From contig CP086569.2 of assembly GCA_009914755.4 (NCBI GenBank), positions 16,768,001-16,832,000 on the forward strand: a DNA stretch of 64,000 nt, read 5' to 3'. This DNA is from the human T2T-CHM13v2.0 reference genome, Homo sapiens. Shown piece after piece: positions 1-12,870 of this stretch (within the stretch, counting starts at the first letter, position 1; every line of letters begins with the position of its first letter). Position numbers and translations under genes: made by a program. The notes below the pieces were generated by a model that worked only from the letters and a program-made list of their open reading frames with translations, was not told the DNA's origin and searched no databases.

Positions 1-574
1 GTTCTTTATTTAATATCTAATTCAAGGCTATCCTTTCAGGAACCTTTTGGGCTGTCTTCTAAGACTGGACCTCAGTGCTGATTCTGTGTGGTTCTCAGCT
101 CCCTTTCTCTCTGCAGACCCCTCCCCTTTGACTCTTTCATGATAAACCCCCTGCTTCAACAATAGGAAGAGGGTGGAAATCAGTTTGTCTTGTTGTCCAC
201 AGCAAAGTGCTGTGATTGCTATTATGAATCAAGACTACACCCTGGAATGTTTTTTGTCCTTTGAAGGTAATGAACATTCCCTGTACACATCACACACAAA
301 AAAAATCCATAGAATGTATAATTGTTAATCACAATTATTGTGGTATATAATCACAATTGTTATGATATTATCACTCTTAGCACTGAGTGAAGTCCTCCAA
401 ATGATAATAGCAGCCATGATAACACTTATTATGCTGTTGATGCATGCCAGATATTTAATCTTCAAGGCAACATTATGAGGTGAGTATAACGAGTAGCTCT
501 ACTTCATATAAATGGAGAATTGGGACCTCTGTACTAAGTATGGAAAGCTGAGCAACAGAAATGTTAAGTTGTCA

Positions 575-880
575 GCCAAGTGCAGTGGTGGCTCATGCAT
601 GTAATCTCAGAGATTCAGGAGGATGAAGCAGGAGGATCATTTGAGTACAGGAGTTGGAGACCAACCTGGAAACATAGCAATACCCCATTTCTACAAAAAT
701 AAAGAAAATAATTAGATGGACATGGTGGTGCATGTCTCTAGTCCTAGCTACTCAAAAGGCTGAGGCAGAAGGATGGCTTGAGCCCAGGAGGTCAAGGCTA
801 CAGTGAGCCATGATTGCACCACTGCACTCCAGACTGGATGACACAGTGAGATCCTCATCTCCGAAAATTTTTTTTAAAAA
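575..880 (+). mobile_element. Alu SINE (older S/J-like), full length with A-tail
   Basis: Starts gccaagtgcagtggtggctcatgcatgtaatc (Alu 5' end) and ends ...cactgcactccagactggatgacacagtgagatcctcatctc plus an A-run. Confidence 0.85.
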
Positions 881-3800
881 ATGAAATGTTGAGTTATTGA
901 GTCAAAAGTCCAAGGGCTAAGCCATAACACAACTCTGCTGTTTAGCTAATTTTAATTAAATTAAATAAATTAATATTGAACCATGTTTGTCTGGTGCAGG
1001 TACAGGGAGCATGAGTAACATCCATCTTGCATCGAATTCACTTTCTGATACTTCACTTACTGCTGTATGAACTTGGACAAGAACGTAACCATTCTGTACC
1101 TCTGTTTCTCTATCTGGAAGGTGGGAATGAAGTAACAATGTGCAACTCTAAGGGCAGGCATGAGTTAATTTATTAAATACTTATAAGAATCATGATATAC
1201 ATTCACTCCTCATAAACAAAGAAGTTAGCTAAGGTTTGCAAATGCAAGGTCTTGATAAGACTGCAAGAGATTGGGAACTGACATGGTTGGCAAGACCTCA
1301 TTTGATTATCAAAGTCTTTGGAAAAGAATTTTGGGGGCTTTTCTGACGACCCGTGTAAGAGGCAGACTTACATGAACTGTCCCTCACCTTGGGCCCAAAA
1401 ATATCAAGATCCTGATGTCAACCTGAATATTAGCACAGATTATTAGGTCATTGAATAAATTCTTGAAAGCAAGGCTCTAAAAATAAAATGAAATGGAAAC
1501 TCATGTTTTAAATATTGATGATTCTGGCACCTCTGCAGGCCTTTGACATAGATGTTGCTGCTGTAGGCTGAATTAATTAATTAATTTGCATCAGGCCTCC
1601 AAAACTCAATGTGCTTCTTTCTAAACTAAAGTGCATATTCATAAACAAGTCTGTAAGACAGATGGCAAAGTAGAACATCCCACCCCACCTCAGTTTCCAT
1701 CAATTCAGTGGCTTCAGTTTCAAAACACTTACGGAATCTTTTTGTGCTCTGGCATTTTCAATGCATAATGGAAAGACATTTAGGGAAATTTATTTGTCAC
1801 TGGGAGACTTCTAAAAGTCAATACAAAATATCCCTTTAAGCTATTGGCATTACAGTATAGGCATATGTGGCTTATGGTGGTGCAGAAATCTCTTTCCAAC
1901 ATTGTTGTAGAAAAAATTTGTGGAATTTTTTTGAGTCAAGGTCTTTTTTTAGTGGTTATCACTGATGAGAGTGCAGATTTTTCATTTTATACTTTAATCT
2001 TTCTATTGGTAATTAAGTTGTCACTATGTTAACTGTTCGTGGGTAAAGATGGAAAAGCCAAAATCTTGGAGACAAAGATCAGTGCTCATGTTTACCAAGT
2101 ATTTGGAGGAGAGAGAAATAGGGTAGAGCTCAGAAGAATTTTAGGGCAGTGTAGCCACTTTGTATGATACTGAAGTAGTCATTATATATTTGTCCAAACC
2201 CACAGGATGTAAACACAGAGTGAACCCTAATGTGAACTATGGACTTTGGGGGATAATGATGTGTCCTTGTAGGTTCACTGACAACAAATGCACCACTCTG
2301 GTGGAAGACGTTGGTAGTGGAGGAGACTGTTTGTGGAGGGGTAGGGGGTAGATGTGAACTCTCTGTATCTTCTTCTCAATTTTCCTATGAACTGATATTA
2401 AGAAAATAAAGTCTATTAAAATTATATAAAACTCAAACATCAGTGTCTACAAATAAAATTTTGTTGCAACACAGCCACATCCATTTCTGCAAAGACAGAA
2501 ATTTGTAGTACTTGGTCCTTCATAGAGAAAATTTGGTGATTTCTTCTGGTGATCCCCTGGGTTATCCTATAATTCTGAGAAAGACATCAACATGATCAAA
2601 GCAAGAGTAGTCAGTTTAGCTTTTCTGCATTATTCAGAGAGCTTTTTGAGCTGGATCTTGAAGAATCCAGCTCTAAATTAAGGAAGGAAGCCAATAGTGC
2701 CTGGTTGAGGTTTTCAGGATCTTTCTGTTGTCTTCCCTCATTGTTATTATATTCTGTAGCATTTACTAGGACCAACACACATCCCAGAAGGCACCTTGGT
2801 CAATTACTTAAAAAAAGTAGACGTAGGACACTAATTTCTCATGTTGCCATTGAAAAGAGACAGCCTCACTTGCATAACTGAGTTTTTGACAATGTAATTT
2901 GTTTGTTTTAATTAATGTCCAGTATAGAATTTTCACTGTTGTTCCCCATAATGGCATAAATATATAAAGTCAATATATAATGTCAATTGCCCAAAAAGAC
3001 ACTTTTTCAAATACATTGCCTAATGCCAAATTACTCATATAAGGATAAGATTTCAGCCTTATGATTTTGTAATGTGTCAACCTGCCTAGACTAAATTACT
3101 TTTCCTAGAATCCTCCCACCTGTGTGTTTCTATCTTCTGTGTCCCACAAAAGCCATTTTTATCCTGGTTTTATGATGAAGCAGGGACCCCCTCTTAAAGG
3201 CCTTATCAAAGTCAAGAAAAATCTCGAGTTCCTTCAAGGGAAATTCCAGGTAGTTGGCTAGCCTTGAAAAGTAATTAAGCAGCTTGATATCCAAGAAGGT
3301 AATGGTACTTTAACAACAAAGGAAGCTAGAGCCAGGAGATACTAGGTTACCTATAGGAACTAAAGATAATATCTTAACATAAGTCCTTGAGTTGTTTTTC
3401 AGAAACCCAGAACCCCAGAAAATGCATTCACTGGCATGCAGACCTCAGTTAAGGGGCAACCACTTAACTGGTTAAGAATGTAACCACCATTCTTTATTTT
3501 AAATGTCTTTCTGAGGGGGCTGGAGGAAGTCATGTCCATGAGCCAGAGCTATCTTTCTTTTCTGCCCAACCCAATTTTTAAACAAAGCTTCTTTTCCTTA
3601 GCCAAGAGGCAATCTTTGAATCAGCCTGTGAGTCCCCTGCTTCAGGATATCCTGCCTTTTAGGGCAAAAACAATGTGTAACGTTCTTGAATTGATTTAAA
3701 ATTGTACTTGTAGCTTCTGCTTTCCTGAAATTTTCCCCTGCATTTACAAATCCTTACCTGTAAGCCGCTGGCAGGTGGGGTCTTGGGCATGAATCACCCA

Positions 3801-5959
3801 ATTTTCCTTGCTTGGTGCTTGCAAATAAATGCTTGACTTCCTCTCGCTGCCATCCTAATGTTAGTGTTTGGCTTGCTGTGCCAGGCAAGCAGACCGCCAT
3901 TCAGTTCTGTAACAATATTAGAGCAAAAGTGAAACTGCAGCCATGTTGCTTTTTGAAGTCAAGATTGGGGAAACAAATGAGAGCTGTGGTAGCTCATGCA
4001 TGTTGGCTCTTACCTGTGGTCTCACCTCCTTTGCATAGGAGTAGCCATGGGACATGAAGCTGCTCTAACTTTTTGTGGACACTTTTTCAGGTGTGCATTC
4101 AGCTCTACGGAAAACGGGGCAAGCTTTTCCTGCAAGATGTCCTGGCATTCAAGTTGACGGCAGAGAAATACAGACATGGATCATAGATAGCCCTGTTTCT
4201 AGATCATGCCTGTGGCTCCAAGCTCATTCTCATTCTCCAATTTTATAGGCAGTTTCCACTTCAGGAATCAAGGATTTCCCTTGTGAAAGGAAAATAAAAA
4301 CTTGGTACCCCAATTTGCTATGCCAAAAAAAATTAAGCTAAAAGCTGAGTCACGCAAGAAGTGGCCTTTTCCTTTGCTCCTAAGAAGATAGCTATGGATA
4401 AAAGCCACAGGTGTCTGCTCTGTGTTCACCAGATCTTACGTAAAGTGCCCATTTACTGAGTCCAAGAGGAATACACAGTTACCTGCTCATTTTCCCTTGC
4501 AAACCCCAGACTAATGTGACCATACCCTCCCTCCTGTCTCTCCAGCCCACATTTCTCCTTTAAATATTGAAGCCCTTCAAATCATCTTTGGAGAAAGGCA
4601 CAGACCACAGACAGTTTCTGTGATTCGTGTTGATCTCTTCTGGACATTTCCTTCATCTTGGCAAAATAAACTTCTGAGTTGATTGAGACCTGTGTCAGAT
4701 ACTTTTTGGTTTATACCCACAAGGAGAATCCAGCCTGCCTCATTGCCCAACTGCACTGGGAGTTGCTTGTGGTCTTTTGTGAGCTGATTGGTCATGTTAA
4801 TCACTTTCTTCTTAGTTGGAAGATAGAGTTAAGAGCTCAGTGATGTGGTTTTTATATTGTTTCCTGTCCTTCCATGCAGGTGGGTCACCACCACTTCCCT
4901 ATATGGACAATAACCTCCTCAAAACAGGAACATCACAGTCTACTTTCATGTCCTTATTCCTTTTCTGATGCCCTGAAATATATAAATGCAGGGTAGCATG
5001 GTTACTCAAGGTGCAAACACATGCTTCCTTTTGAGTCAGGTGAACTAACACTTGAACAATCAAAAGCAATGGTCACCATGACATACAGAGTAGTGCAAAC
5101 AGACTCACTCAAAATGCAGTATGTGGATGGCAGGCAGGGCTTTAAATTGCATATCTCATGTACTTGATTGCAAATGAGGAAAACTGTAATAGCCAAAGCT
5201 ATCTATCATACAGGTTCTGGTACTAAACACCTAAGCACTCATTGTGTTGTGTCAAGTAAAAACACATCTAGATGTAGGGAAGGAAAACTTTATTCAAAAT
5301 GATTATTGCAATAAAGAGGGACACTATTCTAATAATGGGAAGGGGAGTATTGGTATGCAGCATTACACAGAGAGTAAGATCTTCAAGCATGTCAAAGGTT
5401 AGGCAGAAAGGAGTTTAGAGACAAACTACTAGAAAGGACCAGACATGGGCGAGTGGGTGGTGGCATAATTGGACTAGACAATATCTTCCTTGTGGTAATG
5501 TCAGTTAATTCTCTGGAAAGGCCCTTAAGAAGGGTCTATGCCCTGGCTCCAACTGAGATTGGGTCAAAGTTCAGGATTCTCTGAGTGATGCAAAGAAGCT
5601 TACATGAACTAGGTCCAGTCCTGTGAATAAGCATTGCAATCCAATGCATCTGTGGAGCCACAGTTTAGCTAAACTTTTATGAGACAAAAAATAGGAATTA
5701 AAAGATTGATGTGTGTCTTTGTTGAAAGTGACAATAAAAGTGGAAGGACATCCATGAATCTTCTCTAAGGCATAAGAGAATGGTGTTTTTTGCAGTAACT
5801 GCTTTCTCAGAACACACAAAACAGGTAGAGGGGGTATTTCTTTACTGTTACTGTTTTCCTGGAGCACAAGTAAAATTTAACATTGTCAATTGCATTCATT
5901 AATTCTGGTTCCTTCAATAGCCTTCTAAGTCAGGGCTACCCATGTTTAACATGTATTGT

Positions 5960-6040
5960 TGTGTGTACACACACACACACAAAATCACACACACAGAGGT
6001 AGCGGAAGAGAGAGAAAGAGCGAGGGAGAGCTCATATTTA
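5960..6040. repeat. (CA)n followed by (GA)n-rich simple repeat
   Basis: gtgtgtacacacacacacacaaaatcacacacacagaggtagcggaagagagagaaagagcgagggagag. Confidence 0.8.
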
Positions 6041-8397
6041 CACTGTGCACTGGAATACATGAGTGACGTTATTGAGCCAAGTCTCTCTACACTGGTGTAC
6101 GATTAGGAAGATGTCCTCTAAAATAGGTACTATTATACCCATTTTTCAGAAGTTCAGAATGAATCTCAAAGTGGTCATATGAACTTCTCTAAGGAAGATC
6201 TACATTTTTAACTTTTCTAACTTTCCTACTTAATAGAAAGACAAGTGTCAAATTTTACTGGCACTGGATTCCAGGCTTTCTGTCTTCTATATTTTTACCC
6301 AAAATAACCACAATAAAAAGAATGGTTCTTAGTTTCTGAGGCGGTGTGCTTCATGGATGTCAAAGCAAAAAAACTTGAGGACAAGAAGACAGAAATCTAG
6401 AAAAGTAGGATGAGCATTCACTCCCATCATCTCGATGTAAAACTGCAACCTGTCATGTTTTCCCTAACAGAAGGTAGAGATTCAGTTGTGGGTGTTGGCT
6501 GGAGTAAGACATAAAAAACTTGAGACGCAAAGGGAGCTTTATGTTTGAGGCAAGGTTGCAAAATATCAAATAAAAGTCAAAATGACATCCTTCCATTTTC
6601 TCTCAGGTTGCTGTTTTTGGCATTTTTCTGCAATCACAGTATGATGAGAAGGAAGGTACGTCTGTATCAAACTCCACGCATAAGTAAAAGTAATTGCCCC
6701 TGTGATAGATCAGCCTGATAGGGAAGATTCATTTCATAAGCAAACAAAAACCTGAGAAAGTTCTGCATGCCGACTGGCAATAAAAATTTTTAAAAAGGGC
6801 TAACAAGCACTGTTTCCCATGCCTTCCCCTTTCTGTCTTACCTGTCATTAAAATGCATCCAACTGAGATGTCAAATACTTTGCAGAATCTCCTCATCCAC
6901 AAAGCAAGACCAACACTTAAACCAAATTACAAAGGTTTCTAGATGGTCTGATTTAGAAAGAATATATTGAACCACAAATAATGGATTCATGGATTTTCCA
7001 CGCTTGTCAGGAATATCAATAATTATGGTTTAATTCTGCAATGGGAATTACTTATGGGTGCCAGCTAATCAGGGCCAGAGGAGCTGGTCCTGACTGGCTT
7101 TTTCTTGTGTGTGCTCGGATGTGGCCAAATATCTTTCTAGATGACAAATGGGTCATGCCAGGGGGTGTAAACTGTACAGGTTTTAAATGTGCCATGCTAT
7201 GTTGGCTGTTGTTAAGAAAAGCTTCAGAAGGGGCAGGCTGAATTATCCTGCATCTTTGTCCTGGGAAGCTAAAGGTCAGATCACTCTGTGGTCATGGGCT
7301 GGCAGTGAAATGAAGGAGGAGGAGTTTGCTTCTGGGACATTGACAGAAAAAATGACTTTAATCTGATATTCATAAACCATAGCAACTGGCAGTTGAAAAA
7401 AATGATTTAGTAACAGATACCAACATGGTAGAAGTGAACAAAAAGGAACACCCCAAGGTGGACACGTTACAAAAGCAAGGGTGAAACTGGTTTACCGAAA
7501 CTCTTTGTATCCTTACTTCTAGGATGTGATTGTATCTTTTCCAAAGCAGTGGCATCTTTTAGAACAAAATATGAGGAGGTATTTATTGTGGTTGGCTGTG
7601 AGGGAAATGCAAAGAACATCTCTGAAGCAGATGTTTTCTATTTAAAAAAATACATTATTGCCTCGGCAAAATTCCTCTTTTCCTTTCCTAAGACTAGGCG
7701 AAATTCATATTTTATGTGACTGCTCTCCCAAATGGGATGATGTTGTCAGCTATGAGTTACCGAAGATGCCTCTTTTGTCTCCTTCCCAGAATACACAAAG
7801 CAAAGGTCTAAATGTGATTTTTGGTGAATATGTACTTTTTTTTGTTGTTGTTTTCAAATGAAAGATGCCAAGTGGGGAAAATGAATGTCTTAATCCTATA
7901 TTCCCCTCCTGGAGAATCTGTGCCACAGGGAAATGGAAATGACAGTGGAGCTCAGTGATCATGTGGTTCAGCTCTCTGCCTCTTCCTCTACCAACCACCT
8001 TCCCTTGCTCTTCCATCAATCTCCACTTTCCTACTTTTGTGCTGTTGTTCCTCTCCCTTCAGGTTCTCCCAGAGGTGCACACCCTCATTTATTTATTCAG
8101 CAGGCACACAAACAGATTACCTTGAGTTTGCAGCAAAGCAATTATATTCTTAATCAAGTCAAGTTGAATGAACTCAGGAAATAGATTACATAGTTTTTTG
8201 TTAAGAGTGAGCATCTCTTTGAAAAAGACCATAATATGTCTCCAGTTGTGTATGACCAGTGGGTCTTGGGATGACTCAAACTCATTTAGCTGTTTTCTAA
8301 AAGTCACAGACAATGCTTTTCCAAATAATTCAAATTATTGGGGTAAAAAAAACTTTTCTCTTCTAAGATATTTAAATTGCTTTAAATTTTATTTTAA

Positions 8398-8752
8398 AAT
8401 TATACTTTAAGTTCTGTGGTACCTGCACAGAACAGGCAGGTTTGTTACATAGGTATACATAAGCCATGGTGGCTTGCTGCATCCATTGACTCATCACCTA
8501 CATTAGGTATTTCTCCTAGGCATCCATAAAAATGTATGAGTTTATGTCATTGGCAGGGACATGGATAAAGCTGGAAACCATCATTCTCAGCAAAGTAACA
8601 CAAGAACAGAAAACCAGACACAGCATGTTCTCACTCATAAGTGGGAGTAGAAAAATGAGAACACTATCTCTCCCCTAGCCCCAAACCCACCAACAGGCTC
8701 CAGTGTGTGATGATCCCCTCCCTGTGTCCAAGTGTTCTCATTATTGACTCCA
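8398..8752 (-). mobile_element. L1PA 3'-end fragment, minus orientation, with an internally inverted ~115 bp segment
   Basis: ttatactttaagttctgtggtacctgcacagaacaggcaggtttgttacataggtatacat is the reverse complement of the L1 3'UTR end. The internal stretch ggcagggacatggataaagctggaaaccatcattctcagcaa...ctcactcataagtgggag is in plus orientation. Confidence 0.75.
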
Positions 8753-10195
8753 GGATATAAAGGTTATTTCTTTTTGGAAAGATACTTGGAGATTTAAGTA
8801 ACTCATCCAGTAATTTTTAACATTGTTCATTTCCAACATTGAAATCAATTTTTCACCCTTTGAATAACTTGGACTAAGTTTCCCCTCATGATGTTTTTCA
8901 ATGAGCCCTTTACATTGAAATAATGATTCACATACATCCTCTCTTCTAAAAGGAGGAATTTGGAGTTTATCTCCCCTTCACTTGAAGATTTGTAGGTTAT
9001 CTGCATTAAAGATGAGTTATTCTAAATCATATCCAGGTAATTAATCAATTGCTATTAAACCACAGTAAATTGTGCTGTGCTGGGTTTTAATGGCAAACAT
9101 TTTTCTACCAAAAAACAAATGCTGCCAGACCTACTCTAAAGGTCCCTGATGCAGTATCTCTTCATCAGCATGCAGAGCACTTATATTTTCAATATGATAA
9201 TTAAAGGTAAAATGTTTTTTATTAATAGTACTGAGAATATTTTAGTCTTAATGCCACAGAGAGGGAATTAAGATAACACGAAAGATCCACCTCTAAGAGC
9301 ACACACTGCTGAAAGAATAATACCTAATTTCTACATTGAACATTTGGATTGCTTTCTTTGGGGATTATGTTTTATTTACTGGTGAGGAAATGTCTCTTTA
9401 ACTATATTTAAACTGATGTTGCATGAATATTTAAAATGATGGTTTCAACCAGAGAAAGATTTTCATTGTGGAATGAACAACAGAAGAAAATTCCACTCGA
9501 CTTTCTCTGAAAGATTGCAAAGCTTTAAAACCATTCTCTTCAACATTGGTATTCACCACCTTACTTATTAAAATAAGTAGAGTGGGAATAAATAGCCTAG
9601 CACTGGTCCTTTATATCCTTGCATTAAAAATGAAATGAGATAAGCCCTTCAAGTATGTAAAGCAATAACCTAAAGGCTGAAATGTATTAGTATAATGGCC
9701 ACAGTGATACCTTGCCTGTTTTTAGAATTTTATATACACTGAATCCTCAAAACCCCTCAGCAAATTGATTGTTATGGCAACTTTGCAAAGAAGGAAACTG
9801 AGGTGAGAGACATTAAATAATTGCCTGGAATTCAAATTAAATAAGGCAAGGAAATGGATTAGGAATCCAGGTGGGTCTACTGAGTGTGAGTTTGTAATGA
9901 TACACCCAATCATAGAGGAATTCTCTCTTCTTCAGGAGGAAGAAAATTCATACCCACTAATCCACAGGATCAGTGGATCAGGGACTTAGTAAAAATAATT
10001 GTAAAAACATTTATTAAGCACTTGCATATAAAAACACAGAGTACCATGAGAAGAAAATTGTACAGAGCTAGGCAAGGCAGGACTCCTTTCAAAAGCAAAT
10101 AATACATGGGAGAGAAACAAACTCTAATAATTATAGAAAAAACTTTTTGTTAATAAGAAAAAAAATTTAATCAGGATACTACATACTCTAAGGAT

Positions 10196-10541
10196 GAGTT
10201 TTAATTTTTAATTTAATTGTTTTTATTTTATTTATTTTTTATTTTATTTTATTTTATTTATTTGTTTTATTTTATTTTTGGAGGTGAGGTCTCACTTTCA
10301 TTCAGGCTGAATTACAGTGGTGCAATCACAACTCACTGCACTGTCCATCTCCTGGGCTCAGTCAGTCTTCCCACCTTAACCTCCAGAGTATTTGGGACTA
10401 AAGGTGGGTGCCACCATAACTATTTTTAGAACTTTTTGTAGAGATGGGGTCTTGCTGTGTTGCTCAGGCTGCCTCAAGTCATCCTCCCACCTTGGCCTTC
10501 TAAAATACCGAGATTACAGATATGAGTCACCATGCTCAGCC
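10196..10541 (-). mobile_element. AluJ-like SINE, antisense, with T-rich (TTTTA)n tail on the plus strand
   Basis: ggaggtgaggtctcactttcattcaggctgaattacagtggtgcaatcac ... gattacagatatgagtcaccatgctcagcc, the reverse complement of the Alu consensus. Preceded by ttttattttatttatttt repeats. Confidence 0.85.
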
Positions 10542-12439
10542 TTCTAAGTATGACTTTTAACTATTTTGTTTATTTGTTTGTTTTGCAAGAGAACATCATA
10601 ATCCTGTCAACACAATGTTGTTTAAAATTTATACTCTTATTTCTTTAAATATAAAGTTTAATTTTTAAGGGCTCCTTAAATTCAGGTGTGACAAATCTTT
10701 GGTATTCCAACTTACAGCTACTGTTTCTGGTATAGGGTTGGGGTTTTTCCAAAAATAAATAAATAAAGTCCATATGTAAGACTGTCTAAAAATTGGTTAG
10801 TGTCTTTCTTTGGCATTTTTCTAAAATTTAGCATCACTGCCAATCAACTCTAGAAATGGCTATCTTAAGGTCTAAAACAACACTGCATAGAGATTCACAA
10901 GATGAGGGAGAAAATACAATCATATAACCACATTTTGGTGAATGACAGATCATATATACAATGGTGGTACTATAAGATTTTGGTATTGTATTTTAACTGT
11001 ACTTTTGCTGTATTTAAATATGTTTGATCACAGAAATAATTTAATCCCATATTTTTTCCTGTACATATTCTTTGTTTAAAAATGATTCTAATACTGAATT
11101 TTTACGGTACTGTTTCATGTTTAAATATGCTTGAATACATAAACGCTGACCATTGTGTTACAATTGCCTGTAATATTCATTATGGTAACACACTGTACAG
11201 GTTGTAGCCAAGGAGCAATAGGCAACATCACACTGGTGCATCACAGGCTATGCTGCCTAGGCTTGTGTAAGCACAAGCTATGACATTTAAGCAATGAAAT
11301 CACCTCATGACCCTTTCTCAGAATGTATCCCTCTAGTTAAGCAATGCGTGACAATCAGATTCCCTTTTAGCCTTTGACATTAAGGCATTTATACTCTAGT
11401 AGGCAAGCCAAATTTCACTGAAATAAAAGGGACCAATATAAGAAAGTATATTTTCAACTTCCAAGCGTCTTCTAAGTGATAATTTCTGGAGGGAACACAA
11501 GAAGGGAGTGAGTGATGAGAACTGTAGGTTTGGTTCCCATGCTATGGTTGGCACAATAATGCAGAAAATAAAATACAATTTCAAGATCCTCTAAATTTAT
11601 GATGTCAAGGAGGGACTTAACCCCTGGAAAGTGAGTCATGTAGCATGCTTGCAATTCTGCTTCTTAGATAATAGCTTAACTATCTTCTTTACTGCTCTTG
11701 TTCTGTAAATGACTAGGAGAGACCAGAGACTAGGCCTTCCCCTTCCAGTTACTGATCTTTGTTATAGATTAACTGTCTCCTTTATTGTCCTGTACCTAAC
11801 TCAGACCAGATGGTCTAACCCAAAACCCCTTCCCAGTCACATCCTCAGTGTGCAATGTTAAATACACCTTTCCTCAAAGAATAAGTCTACCTCAACTAAT
11901 CAGATCACTGTAACTGCATCAAATATCATATTGAAAGATGTTGAAGTTCTGTTAAAATTCTCTGAACATTGTCTATATAAGCAATCACAAACTTCCACAT
12001 TTTGAAACACTGACCTCCATTATTTGGAATCTGTGATTCCCAGGACAGCCTGTCTTTAACTTTGTGCCTGAATAAACCCTCTTTAACTAGTTTCTGACCT
12101 TTTTAATTAGAGATGGCAATAATGACCTCCCAAAGATGTCCAGGTCCTAATCCTCAGAAGATACAATTATGCTGTTACATGGTAAAGGGAAAAAATTGTT
12201 GCTTATTTGATGTTAGGTTTATTTAATGTTAGGTTGATGTTATTTGATGTTGCACATCTAGTTAGATGTGTAACTTTGTGTTCATGGGCAAACAGCAAGC
12301 CTATGATGTAATTACTTGTTTCTGTGATGATTGAGGTATATAGGAAATATAGTTTATATTTTTCCCCTGTTTAATTCCAAACTTTAGTGTTTAACACTTA
12401 CTTAACCAACATCAAATAAAAACCAATTTTTTTTTGGTT

Positions 12440-12870
12440 GTAGTTACCATTGGGGCTGTTAATCTGCTGACTGTGAGGTGGGGAGATCCTCTTGAATTAT
12501 AAGGTGGGACCAATGTAATCACAGGATCCTGTGTGATGGAAGAAGGAAACAGAAGAGGTCAGAGTCAGAAAAAAAGATGTGAGGACTGCACCAGAGTCAG
12601 AGAGAGGCCACATTGCTGGGTTTGCAGAAGAAGGGAAGGGACCATGAGACAAACAAACTTGGCGGTCCTTAGAATTTGGAAAAAGCAAGAAACTACCATT
12701 TCCATAAACATCTGCAGTTATACAATCCTGCCAACAGCTTGATTTTACTCCAGTGAGACCAGTTTTGCCTCCCAGTCTCCAGAACTGTAAGGTAATACAT
12801 ATCTATTGTTTTAAGCCATTCTGCTTTTGGTCGTTTTTTACAGCAGCCACAAAAAACACAAATACACATG
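12440..12870 (+). mobile_element. MaLR LTR (MLT1-like) fragment
   Basis: Matches the recalled MLT1 consensus: gggaccaatgtaatcacagg ... ttgattttactccagtgagacc ... ctccagaactgtaaggtaatacatatctattgttttaagccattctgcttttggtcgttttttacagcagc. Confidence 0.55.
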
